Both the position numbers and the translations under genes were made by a program. A stretch of DNA of 64,000 nt, taken from assembly GCA_951406725.2 (NCBI GenBank), contig OX597816.1, positions 176,080,001-176,144,000 on the forward strand, read 5' to 3'. The notes below the pieces were generated by a model, which saw only the letters and a list, made by a program, of their open reading frames with translations, was not told where the DNA came from and did no database searches. This DNA is from Octopus vulgaris (lineage: Eukaryota). Of this stretch, positions 11,722 to 23,529 are shown one piece after another; the stretch's first letter is position 1, and each line of letters opens with the position of its first letter.

Positions 11722-12980
11722 TGCAATTATCCACCCTTATTTCAAGATTTCTTGCAAATAGAGAAAGACCCGGTTTCGAATCTAGATCCAAGCTTCTTCA
11801 TTGGAATTTCAACATCAACAACAGGGTATTTTTGTATGTATGTATGTATGTATGTACGTATGTATGTATGTATGAATGTATGTATGTATGCATGTATGTA
11901 TGTATGTATGTATGTATGTATGTATGTATGTATGTATGTATGTATGTATGTATGTATGTACGTATGTATGTATGTATGAATGTATGTATGTATGTATGTA
12001 TGTATGTATGTATGTATGTATGTATGTATGTATGTATGTATGTATGTATGTATGTATGTATGTATGTATGTATGTATGTATGTATGTATACGTGCAGATT
12101 TGTATGCTTTGTTTTATGAATGTCTTCTCATGCACATACTTGCAATTCTAGACATGCTCATATATACTTAAATGATAAACTTCTGGAAAGTTTTACACAT
12201 TTTTACAGTTCCAGTGATGGAACTGTTTTTCCTGCGTCTCTGTCCCTTTTCTGCATCAGGTATTTGGTTGATATTTCCTGTCCCGGATTGCAAACGCATA
12301 CTTTTCAAAATGGGAAGTAGTAATCCGGTTGTTAGTCCATGATATACTGTTTTGATGATCAATGTTACTATCATCTTCGAGCTTTCTTGGTCTTCTGCTA
12401 TTGTAAGATATGTTTTCATCCACTCCTAAATACTTGTAACATTCCTCATCGGATGTAGGGGAAACAGTCAAGGCATTGATAGAGATGCTGCTAGTCTGGC
12501 TTACAGTTTTCCCTCTTTTCACAACCATATAGCAACATTTATCCTTTGAGAATGTTGTAACTAGGTCAAGGCACTTTTTCATCTCGTGTATATTCTTTGC
12601 ATATAGTTTCAAGCCATTCACAAAGAAACAGTGTGTTATTTTGGCATTCCTGTTTCCTTGTCAACCAGTAAGATATCCTTCAGACTTCCCTAACATGAAT
12701 GACAAGGGGTTTACAGAAAGTACAAACAACATCAAAATGCGGCTGTTCCCTTGGAATATGTTTCTGCGATACTGTATTTTATCAGTTGTAATAAAATCAC
12801 TCCTTGTATTTAAGTTCAAGATTGTGGTCCACGATGAAGTCAAGTCAGCTATGGCTTTGACTATGCTCATTGAACTTTAGTAAGTTGAAGGGCTTCTAGC
12901 GTCCATGAGTGGGGAAAAGTCAAAAACTTTCTTGTAGTCTAACCACATTGAAACTAGGTTCCTTCTATGCTCCAGCACCA
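11722..12980 (-). mobile_element. 5'-truncated, internally deleted Dong/R4 LINE flanked by (CATA)n
   Basis: RT motifs WLDYKKVFD, RRNIFQGNS, LKLYA, CYKYLGVDE; C-terminus TGTVKMCKTFQKF; 3' UTR contains a (CATA)n tract. Confidence 0.85.
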
Positions 12981-13238
12981 TGTATGTATGTATGTATGTA
13001 TGTATGTATGTATGTATGTATGTATGTATGTATGTATGTATGTATGTATGAATGTATGTATGTATGTATGTATGAATGTATGTATGAATGTATGTATGTA
13101 TGTATGTATGTATGTATGTATGTATGTATGTATGTATGAATGTATGTATGTATGTATGTATGAATGTATGTATGTATGTATGTATGCATGTATGTGTGTA
13201 TGTATGTATGTATGTATGTGTGTGTGTATGTATGTATG

Positions 13239-13270
<32 letters not shown>

Positions 13271-13720
13271 AATGTATGTATGTATGTTTGTATGTATGTA
13301 TGTATGTATGTATGTATGTATGCATGTATGTGTGTATGTATGTATGTATGTGTGTATGTATGTATGTATGTATGTATGTATGTATGTATGTATGTATGTA
13401 TGTATGTATGCATGTATGTGTGTATGTATGTATGTATGTATGTATGTATGTATGTATGTATGTATGTATGTATGTATGTATGTATGCATGTATGTGTGTA
13501 TGTATGTATGTATGTATGCATGTATGTATGTATGTATGTATGTATGTATGTTTGTATGTATGCATGTATGTATATTTGTTTGTATGTATGTATGTATGTA
13601 TGTATGTATGTATGTATGTATGCATGTATGTATGCATGTATGTATGTATGTATGAATGTATGTATGTATGTATGCATGCATGTATGTATATTTGTTTGTA
13701 TGTATGTGTGTGTATATATA
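12980..13720. repeat. (TATG)n microsatellite, ~740 bp
   Basis: Seen directly. Confidence 0.98.
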
Positions 13721-13754
13721 TATACACATACGTCGTATATGTACATAAATATGT

Positions 13755-13952
13755 GTCTGTGTGTTTGTACCTCCCCCCCACCGCTTGACAACTGCTGTTA
13801 ATGTGTTTATGTCTCCGTAAAAGATCGATAAAATAAGTATCAGGTTTTTAAAAAAATAAGTCCTCGGGTCGATGTGTTCGACTGAAACCCTTCAAGGCAG
13901 TACCCCAGCATGGCCGTAGTCAAATGACTGAAACAAATAAAAGATAAAAGAT
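13755..13952 (+). mobile_element. SINE 3' half
   Basis: CCGCTTGACAAC...AATAAGTCCT...GGCAGTACCCCAGCATGGCCGTAGTCAAATGACTGAAAC; homologous to 28140-28310 and 62470-62680. Confidence 0.8.
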
Positions 13953-13999
<47 letters not shown>

Positions 14000-14000
<1 letters not shown>

Positions 14001-14935
14001 TAGGTTGTCTGGAAAGTTCTGAATGTTTTTTTAATATGTAAAAAGATATATAAATAATTGACCTGTCAATAAATTTTATTCAGTTTATTAATGACCTTTG
14101 CCCATCTATCAGGCAATTTAAATATTCCATCAGCATAAAATTTGACTGGTTTTGAAGGAAAAAGATTATCTACATGCATTTTGACTCCATCTAAATCGTT
14201 AAATGTTTTTCCTTGCAATGAGTTCTGTAGAGATAAAAACAAGTGGTAGTCGGATGGCGGAATATCAGGAGAATAAGGTGGGTCGGGTAAGAGATCCCAG
14301 CCAAGTTCATGTAACTTTGTTTGGGTAGCCAAACCTACATGTGGTCGGGCATTGTCTTGTTGGAACACTACTCCTTTCCTGTTGGCAATGTCTGGCCTGA
14401 ATTCTTTGATTTCTGGGGGTCAAATTAGCCAGCTGACGACAGTATACATCAGAATTAATGATTTGGTTTTGTGGGAGAAGCTAATAATAAATAATGCCTT
14501 TATGATCCTACCAAACACAAAGCATAGCTTTTTTTGGCATAGTGTATCCTTATGCAAACTCCAGGATCTTTTTCGCACTACGTTTTCGAAAACAATCCAT
14601 TTTTCATCTCCAGTTACAAGTTGTTTAAAAAAAGGCATGCTTTCAGTCCGTTTTAAAAGCATATCACAAACGGAATGCCGGTTCAAGCAATTCTTTTCTG
14701 AGAATTTGTGAGGGACCCATACATTATAGAAATGTATCCTAGCTTCACTAGGTGTGCATGAGCCGTACTTTTAGAAACCTCCAACTCCTCTGCAAGTCAT
14801 GATATTTGAGTTTTCTTCGATTTTTATTTTCAAAACATCATCCTATTTTGAAGGTCTTCCACCATGACTGTCATCTTTTAAGTTAAACACCCCGGCTTTA
14901 AATATTGCAAACCACCTTCGAACAGTTTTTAAGTT
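14000..14935 (-). mobile_element. Decayed mariner (DD34D), 5'-truncated
   Basis: LVTGDEKWIVFEN, QQDNARPH, PPYSPDIPPSDYHLF; TIR-like TTAGGTTGTCTGGAAAGTT at 14000. Confidence 0.92.
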
Positions 14936-15570
14936 CATTTAGTCTTATTTGGCGTGTTTGTGAATCGGTTACTATGTTGCATATGCGTCATGCCATACTA
15001 TATGGGATGTTTCTTTTTATGTGAGATGGGTGGTAGGAGTAGAAATTTAAATATTGGTGTGTGTCAGTTTTTTTGTAGTGGATGTCTGTTGTGATGATTG
15101 TGTATCTTGATGGTGATCTCCAGGAAGGGAAGTTCGTTGTGGCTGGTATCTATTGTGAAGTTGATAGATGGGTGCAGCGTGTTGGAGATGTTGTGGAATG
15201 TTCGTAGGTCTTCTGATCTGTTCCAAAAGATGAAGCAGTCATCGAGGTAGCGTTTCCACTTTTTCTTGATGTCTTCTCTGAAGTCGTGTTCAAAGACTTT
15301 CCTTATTTCATCGTATAGTTTGTTCTCAAGGAAACCCATCACCATGTTGGTATATGAAGGTGCGAATTTTGTACCCATAGCCGTGCCCTCTATCTGTCGG
15401 TATGTCTTGTTGTTAAATGAGAATGTGTTTTCTTCAAGTATTAATTGGGTGGCTTTGGTGATAAAGTCTGTTTTGAAACGTTTCTCTATGAGTTCCCTAT
15501 ATTTTTCATCGCCTCCAGACCCAGGGTGTGTGGTAAGTTCGTGTATAAGTTTGTGACATCGAACAGAGGA
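14936..15570 (-). pseudogene. Penelope-like RT fragment
   Basis: FDVTNLYT, GTAMGTKFAPSY, WKRYLDDCF, LPFLE and the PYSMA thumb motif. Confidence 0.9.
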
Positions 15571-16174
15571 ACCAATATATAAGAATACAAAGGCCCGCAG
15601 AATTCACAATGAGACCAATGGTGGCAGGGCCCCAGGCGCCAACACAGCAATTAAGCCACTTCATAGATGTACTCCTCAAACCTTTATGTCCACTGATACC
15701 AAGTTACATAAGGGATGACATAGACTTCCTCACGCACATTTCAGATACAGTTACGGAAAACACCATACTTGGAAGCTTCTAAGTGTGACACACTGACACA
15801 TAGAAATAAGTTTTCGCATTTATTATATATACATATATATATATATATACATGATGGCTGTAAATTCGTGTTCGAGTATTGCCATCGCCTGATCGAAAGT
15901 CCCACACATGCGAAAGCTACGGCCAGTCATTTTTGCGATAGGTCTTATTTTCTTTTCAAGCGATGCCTGTGCTTGTTAATTTTTTTTTAGTGGGGAAAGA
16001 ATTTGCACAAATCCAATCCCACTCTCTGAACATGGACAACATATACTCTTAAAGAAGAACAAGTCTATATCATCGAATATTGTCAGTGTCGCAGGTTTTC
16101 TCTTAGAGTTCCCCTACTCTTCTCACTGCCAGTGGGTCAACCCCGCGCTTGGACACCAATTCAGGCATTTTCCT

Positions 16175-16211
<37 letters not shown>

Positions 16212-16358
16212 TTGTATGCGCAGGGACGTGGAAATATATAAATAATTATATATATATATATGATTAAAATAATGATAGAAATTGATATCAATCAATTGGC
16301 ATCAATTTAAACCAGAGGTCTAGCATATTAAAAAAAATCCGAAGATTTAAAAAGTATA

Positions 16359-17704
16359 CTAGCATTATGACCCGTCGTTGCTGGGTCATAGTGCTAGTGC
16401 ATGAATATATGTGTATATATCACGTGATCACGTGACAGACCAGACCTTCAGATGTTGTTACATATCGCTGGTCACAATGCGTTCGCATTGTTTTAGCCTT
16501 CGAATGATGCCACCCCGCTGGCTAAGCGAGCAGGCCAACAGAAGAAAGAGTGAGAGAAAGAGTGGTGAAAGAGTACAGCAGGGCTCACCACCCCCTGCCG
16601 GAGCGTCGTGGAGCTTTTAGGTGTTTTCGCTCAATAAACACACACAACGCCCGGTCTGGGAATCGAAACCGCAATCCTACGACCGCGAGTCCGCTGCCCT
16701 AACCACTGGGCCATTGCGCCTCCATATCTGTATATATATGTGTACATATTACATGTAAATCTATACATATACATCTACACATAAAATATAAAATACAGTT
16801 ATATCTTGATATTACTAGTGATAACAATACTTAAAACATATAACAGACTGGAATTGTTAGCCCGTCTCTTGTAATTTCGATCAATTGTATCTTGTCCTCT
16901 CTCTTGTATAGAAGTGTGGCTACAATTCAGCCTACCTCTACTTCTGGGGGGGGGGGGGGGGTATTTTTAATTTTTATCCGGGACGTCCTACGTACCAGAT
17001 ATAAAGGTAAAATTTAAATATTTTGCAAGTTCGAGTCGAGTACTCCTTTGCACGCTCCGTTGACTCCAACCTTGCTTCTATTGTGGCGAATTTACCGCCT
17101 CTGGTTAGATATCTTTCATAGTCGCACCAAGACACTTTTCGAAGGTGCTTTCCTCCAGGTGTTCAAATCTTCTTTTTTCTCTACATTGTATACTTTATAG
17201 ACAATAGTCTTTTCTTTAATTTAATTTTTTATTATCCATCTGGACTATTCCATTTCTGCACACTAATTTTATTTTTAATTTATTCTCATTCATGTGAAAC
17301 CACTTATTCAAGTTCAAGTCATTGATGCAATTTTATACCAATTGCTATTTTTACTTTTGTTATGTTACGATTATATTATACTTTAGTTTAATTTTACTTA
17401 TTACTTGCTACATATAATTCAATTGTTATTATTATTTTTATTGTTAAAGTGAAAGCATCTGACAAAAAATAGTGAAATGTTTTTGTTTCACTTTTAACAC
17501 GTAATACTGAAATAGTGGAAAAGATATGATATTGCTATGGGCTCGCTCTAGGCAAGAAGTTGAACATTTTTTTTGCCGATGACACTACATGGACCCTAAG
17601 TAAGGCATGTGTAAAATTTGAATGAAATTGGTTGTGTAGTTCTCAAGTTTTAGGGAAACACACAGACAGACAGACAGACACACATTCTCAGTTTTATATA
17701 TAGA
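16359..17704 (-). mobile_element. Non-autonomous Helitron, copy 2
   Basis: Same termini as 3955-5713; lacks ~4510-5075 of copy 1 and carries a SINE insertion. Confidence 0.85.
16418..16724 (-). mobile_element. tRNA(Arg)-like SINE inserted in Helitron copy 2
   Basis: Minus-strand head GGCGCAATGGCCCAGTGGTTAGGGCAGCGGACTCGC...GGTTTCGATTCCC; absent from the equivalent site in copy 1 (~4000). Confidence 0.85.
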
Positions 17705-17781
17705 GGGATTACAATTACTAAGAGCAATGACCACTAAAGTGGATTCCTATAATCTAGAGATAGATGTCAAATCGCCTTAGA

Positions 17782-17981
<200 letters not shown>

Positions 17982-18150
17982 TAAGATGTAATTGTATTTT
18001 ATATTTCTATTTCCATGTCTAGTTATATTTACAATATATTATGTATAATGTCTTTGCTGTTATGTAATGGTGTAATAAAGTATTGATTGGGTATTATCTG
18101 ATGGTTGATGATTCATTGATTTAAGTATGTTTCTCCATTTTCTCATTTTG

Positions 18151-18179
<29 letters not shown>

Positions 18180-18183
<4 letters not shown>

Positions 18184-19330
18184 ATAATATTAGGGAATAA
18201 ATCCAAACTTACAGGGAAAAATTAGATTTAGGATTAAATCCAATTTTATAGTATATTATATTATATTATATTAAATTAGAGATAAAACCACTATTAGGCA
18301 AATCAAACAGTGAAAAACATAAGCCAATACATAAAATTAATTTAAAAATATAAAAGTTAAAAATTAAAAAAATTATTTAAATAATTTAAACTTATAAATT
18401 TTAAATATATAGATACAAATATATATATATATGTATGTATATTTTTATATTCATATATTATTTTGTTTATTAATTAATTTATTTATTTATTTATTAATTT
18501 ACTTTTTAATTTTTTTTTAATAAATATCAAAAGTATTAAAAGTTTAATAAAAGATCTTTTATTAAACTTTTAATACTTTTGATATTTATATAAAAATAAA
18601 TAAATAAATAAATTAATAAATAAAATAATATATAAATATAAAAATATACATATATATATATATTTGTATATATATACTTAAAATTTATAAGTTTAAATTA
18701 TTTAAATAATTTTTTAATGTTTAACTTTTATATTTTTAAATTAATTTTATGTATTGGCTTATGTTTTTTACTGTTTGATTTGCCTAATAGTGGTTTTATC
18801 TCTAATTTAATATAATATATATATATAATATATATATTATATGTATAATAATTATTAGAATATTACTTCCAAGTACACAGGAAAAAGACATTCAAATTAG
18901 ATGTACTAAAACGAACATCTCTCAATGTTTAATTCGTATATATAAAAATAATTTTAGAGACAGAACCACCTTCAACTCAATCAACACTGAAATGTTTTAT
19001 ACCTACCACTCCAGAAAATGTTAAAAATTAAATCCTACACTAACTATATCTATTCTGAATCCTCTATTTTCCGTTTACAAGACTACACGTGTTTCATTAA
19101 AGTACGTCGGTAATGATTAGATACGAGGTATCTAGTTTCAATACTTACTCGGATCGACATACTCCCAATCTTCAGGTCTGGATTCCTCAACATTTTTCAC
19201 TACCCTAACTCTTATATACTTCCATGATACTCTATATCTTCAATATACATGTACAAATGAATAGAAATACAAATAATAAATAAAAATAATAACTGAATAT
19301 CAAAAATTTAAGGAGTAAAAATTTAAGGAA
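18180..19330 (-). mobile_element. Non-coding Naiad-pLTR-related element containing a ~570 bp palindrome
   Basis: Left end homologous to 34404-34560; palindrome ~18260-18830 centred on AAAGATCTTT (~18553); HHR at 19080-19180. Confidence 0.7.
19080..19180 (-). ncRNA. Type I hammerhead ribozyme motif with long stem II
   Basis: Minus strand: agac-CTGAAGA-ttgggagta...tactttaat-GAAA-cacgtg-TA-gtct. Confidence 0.8.
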
Positions 19331-19339
19331 TAAAACCTC

Positions 19340-20082
19340 AACTAAGTTTTAATGTTTTTGCTCGCTTTCGTTGCTTACAGCAGTGCTTGGAAGGAAGGTG
19401 TTTAGCGCGTGGTCATCGCATTGACCATGACAGAGAAAGTTGTCATAACGATACCTGCTCAAAGAAATGTGCAAAGTTGCAGAAAGTGTATGAAGAGGAG
19501 TGTATGAGTCGCACACAAGTGTACGAGTGTTTCAAACGTTTCCAAGATGACCAAAAAAATGTCGATATTGACGAACGTTCTGGGAGACCCGCAGCCAGCA
19601 GAACTGAGAAAAACATTGCAGATGTGCGTGTAGCTGTGAGAAGCAGTCGTCGAATCACCATCTGTGTGTTATCAGAGGATGTGCAGATAAGTTACGGTTC
19701 AGTTCAGTCCATTATCACTGAAGATTCGGGTATGAAACGAGTGTCAGCCAGGTTTGTGCCAAAACTGCTTTCAGCTGACCAAGAAGACACTCGGATTTCA
19801 GTTGCACAAGATCTTCTTGATTGTGTTAAAAACTTTGCGTAGGCCTCTCAGCAGGTATCGCCAAATTTTTGGCAAAATTTGATGTGGATTCTCTACTCAT
19901 GGTCAATGCGACGATCACACGCTACAAGTACTGCTGTAAAGAGCGTAAATGGGCTAGAACGTTGAAATTCAGTGCGCTTGCACAGTAGCATTCAAGGTCA
20001 ATCTGTGCACAGCGGTATCACACTACGTACTCTAGCTTTGTTACTATGGCAACAATCCAGATATTTATTGATCAGACCACCT
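19340..20082 (+). mobile_element. Internally deleted mariner (HTH region plus right TIR)
   Basis: SRTQVYECFKRF...DERSGRP...ARFVPKLL; ends CCAGATATTTATTGATCAGACCACCTC. Confidence 0.85.
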
Positions 20083-20233
20083 CTCTCTCGCTCTCTCTCC
20101 CTCTCTTGATATATATACGTATATACACACGCACACATATATATATAGTTCTATATTTAATAGATGAGGCATTATGCTCACTATTTACATTATTTACATT
20201 TGACGAATATTTGTCCTCATCTTGTTTGTTGTT

Positions 20234-20279
20234 AACACAACGTTTCGGCTGATATATCCTCCATCCTTCATCAGGTGTC
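20234..20279 (-). ncRNA. Minimal type I hammerhead ribozyme motif
   Basis: Minus strand: gacac-CTGATGA-aggatg...cagcc-GAAA-cg-TT-gtgtt. Confidence 0.8.
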
Positions 20280-20327
20280 TTGGGGAAATTTCGAACCTGG
20301 GTTCTCATTCCTAAGGTATTTTCGATG

Positions 20328-20396
<69 letters not shown>

Positions 20397-20397
20397 G

Positions 20398-20472
20398 CCC
20401 GTGGGCATATGGCGTAGTTGTTAAGAGCGCGGGCTGCTAACCTAAGATTCTGAGTTCAATTCCAGGCAGTGA

Positions 20473-20477
<5 letters not shown>
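20398..20477 (+). promoter_or_regulatory. tRNA-derived Pol III internal promoter (SINE head; GCT at the anticodon position)
   Basis: A-box TGGCGTAGTTG, loop CTGCTAA, B-box GAGTTCAATTCC; no intact acceptor stem, so not called a tRNA gene. Confidence 0.75.
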
Positions 20478-20562
<85 letters not shown>

Positions 20563-20620
20563 CAACAACAACATCGAAAAGTACCTTAGGAATGAGAACC
20601 CAGGTTCGAAATTGCCCCAA

Positions 20621-20666
20621 GAAATCCGATGAGGGCTGGAGGGTATATCAGCCGAAACGTTGTGTT
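20621..20666 (+). ncRNA. Minimal type I hammerhead motif (core mutated to CCGATGA)
   Basis: CCGATGA-g-ggctg-gagggtatat-cagcc-GAAA-cg-TT-gtgtt. Confidence 0.65.
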
Positions 20667-20771
20667 AACAGCCAACAAGATGAGGACAAATATCCGTCAA
20701 TTGTAAATAATGTAAATAATACATACATGCATACATACATACATACATACATACATACATACATACATACA

Positions 20772-20808
<37 letters not shown>

Positions 20809-20820
20809 ATATATTTATAT

Positions 20821-21080
20821 ATAATCAAAATAAGCAATAAGAATATCTTCGGTAATTTGGTAGGATCGTTTCACGCTACATCATTTTATTACTGTTGTTA
20901 TACTTACAATGTTTAATAAAATGATGTAGCATGAAACGATTGTACCAAATTACAGAAGATATTCTTGTTGCTTATTTTGATTATAATCACCCCATGGATT
21001 TATATCGATAATACCGTACAAAATTCTGGTGCATCTGACTTAAGCACAATATTCATTTGAATCTAAATTTTTCTAAACGT
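20821..21080 (+). mobile_element. Short fold-back (hairpin 20821-20987) plus ~95 bp unpaired tail between microsatellites
   Basis: ATAATCAAAATAAGCAA...TTGCTTATTTTGATTAT; arms carry only the GAAACGAT half of a hammerhead. Confidence 0.7.
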
Positions 21081-21289
21081 ATATATATATGACAAGATAT
21101 GAATAATGGTCATCGCATATTTTTTGTTGCAGTAAATTTGACTTGTAACTGTTTCCAGTACTCATTATAAGTTCGTTATTGGTAGGTTTACTCACTCTGC
21201 CCATTGATCAGTTGAGATACATTGAACGACCTAGAAAATAGATGCTACTGTCGTCAGTCATTTCTGGTTATAACCAAGTAGAACACTGA

Positions 21290-21850
21290 AAGAATGATTC
21301 ACCCCCTCCTTTCTCCCTAAATGTTAAGACTAACGTAGGCAAGAAATTCCTGTCTCTTTTAGATAAACGTTTCCCAGCAAATCATAAATACAGGAAGATT
21401 TCTAGCAGACGTTCAATTAAAATATGCAGCTGCTGTCCCAAGATGAAGAACATTATAACTCGTGAAAATCCCCATGAGCCCCCTCCCAGCTGTAACTGTG
21501 GAAATTCGGAAGCTTGCCCACTTCACCAGGCTTTTATGATAAACTCCGTAATATACGAGGCAGAAGTAACACTTGAAGATAAATCAAACGAAATGAAGAA
21601 TTACATGGGCTATGGGATGGCGAATTCGAAAAACGTTATGCACATCACCCATTTTCTTTCCGGCACATCGACAAAAGTAATGCAACTAAGCTGGAGTTTG
21701 GAGACCAGCTTCACACCACATGCAATCAAATGAAGGATCCTGGAGAAATCCAACCCATAAGCTAATGGATCTAAGAAATGCACTTATGCGTCGCAGAAAG
21801 ATTTCATATTCTTCTTAGCTCCAACAACTCCAACACATTGCTTCCAGATC
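21290..21850 (+). pseudogene. Naiad-type PLE thumb and GIY-YIG remnant
   Basis: PPFSLNVKTNVGKKFLSLLDKRFP, SCNCGNSEACPL (CxCx5C), SVIYEAEV, CHLCVAER. Confidence 0.8.
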
Positions 21851-22300
21851 TAACATTCTCCGGAATGAATTGTTGTCTTACAGACTTTTACATATTTTCT
21901 GTTATTTTCTTCTATACTAGCTGTATTAGTTGTGGTTTCTGCTATCAAGTATCTCCGTTTTCTTGATTTTGTTTCTTTCTTCTCGTTCCATTTTTTGCAT
22001 CAACCTTCTTCGCGTTGTTTTCACGTTTTTGCTTATTTTCTCGCTGCCCAGCACCTTTGTTTATTTAAATTATATATAACGAATAAACAGAGACTGAAAG
22101 ATTGCTGAGAGATATATGGCGTATTTTATAAATATGCCTGGTTAAAGTATCATAGAAATCATGAAACTATTAGAAGCTCTTTCGGTTGTGTATAAAGTCG
22201 ATATTTATCTCTCACTGGATGAAGTACTTTATTTGTTGATTCTACCTATATTGGATCTATATCTATATGATAGATTTATACATATGTGTGTGTTTATCTA

Positions 22301-22338
<38 letters not shown>

Positions 22339-23529
22339 TGTGTGTGTGTGTGTGTATGCATGTGCATCCAGACAGATACACTTTCTAGTTCTATTTGGGT
22401 TAACATTTTTCTACGTGACCTTCTTTGTTTAATTTGGTAGGTTATGACTTGATGCAGATTTGCCAGCTATGTTTAACATGTCAAGCGACCATCCCTTTGG
22501 TGTTTTCATTGTTTAGCTCTAATCATGAAGACCTGTAATGAATGAGTTCCACCATGACCATCCCAACTGTTTCTATATGTCCAGGACTACATTGTACAAT
22601 GTATCCTAGAGCTTTTAACAGAGCGGGGTTTTATGTGAAGGAAAATTGTATTTACATCTAACATGGCTAAAAACCATGCAAGGCTGCTCAAATTGCTGTT
22701 CATGGCAAATGTAGTGGGCGAGAAATAACAGATGGCTTGACAAGATAGTGGTTGCTGTCGTGGGGATATAGCGGAGGTGAGAGAGCCGAACGATCTGCTT
22801 GTAATTGTCGCTAAATCTAACTCAAACCACCCTACCATCCTTAACAAAAAATAAGAGGGCATATGAGAATAGTCCTTGGTTGCATAAAAGATACGGCTGT
22901 CATAGCTGGAACATCTGAGATCATTGTTAAGCAATAACCACTACACAGACAACAGAAAAAGATATATATCAAAATATATATAATTTATGCGCATTATTAT
23001 AACCCTCAAGCATAAAACCGTAAGAAACGGATGGAGGGACACGAAATAAGGGAAGAAGAAAATGCAGACACGCACACCCACTCTCAGAAAAAATTTAAAA
23101 CGCACTCACAGACATGTGTAAATACACCCAGACAAACACACACGTATATACACACGTACTCGCACTTACAGTCACCTATGAATAAACTTAAAATCAAATC
23201 TTATCCAAATATTTCGAAATAAATACTCATGTATAAGTTCAACATACACACTTATACAAGCATAATAACACAAATGCGCACAACACAACTGGCACACTTA
23301 TTCATAACATGCACACATATACAGACAACATTCACACTTACACATACCTATACACACTCATACCCACACAGCACCAAATGTACACATACGTGTAATGGAC
23401 ACAAATATCCACTCAGAAAAAAATAGATACACACGCAAGATACAGTGCACATATTCAACACAAAGAGCACACACATACACATAAAAGATACATAATCAGA
23501 TACATTATCAGAGCAGATAAAAAAAAACG

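Larger units (their letters stand above)
20145..20720 (+). mobile_element. tRNA-headed, hammerhead-bearing short element with an inverted partial copy upstream
   Basis: Arms ~20178-20393 and ~20478-20720 are inverted copies; unpaired centre 20398-20477 is tRNA-like; HHR in each arm. Confidence 0.85.

Noticed and set aside
11755-11810. Hammerhead-like ATGAAG...GAAACCGG in the Dong 3' UTR
   Set aside because: No CUGANGA core; better read as a plain 3' UTR stem-loop
12877-13801. 200-300 aa HTYI/MYVC ORFs (also 11682-12171 and 57527-59481)
   Set aside because: Microsatellite translations
9190-15570. PLE fragments 9190-10525 and 14936-15570 as one interrupted element
   Set aside because: They overlap by about a dozen codons with different sequence, so they are separate copies
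20398-20477. Functional tRNA-Ser(GCT) gene
   Set aside because: No pairing acceptor stem and no long variable arm; better explained as a SINE head
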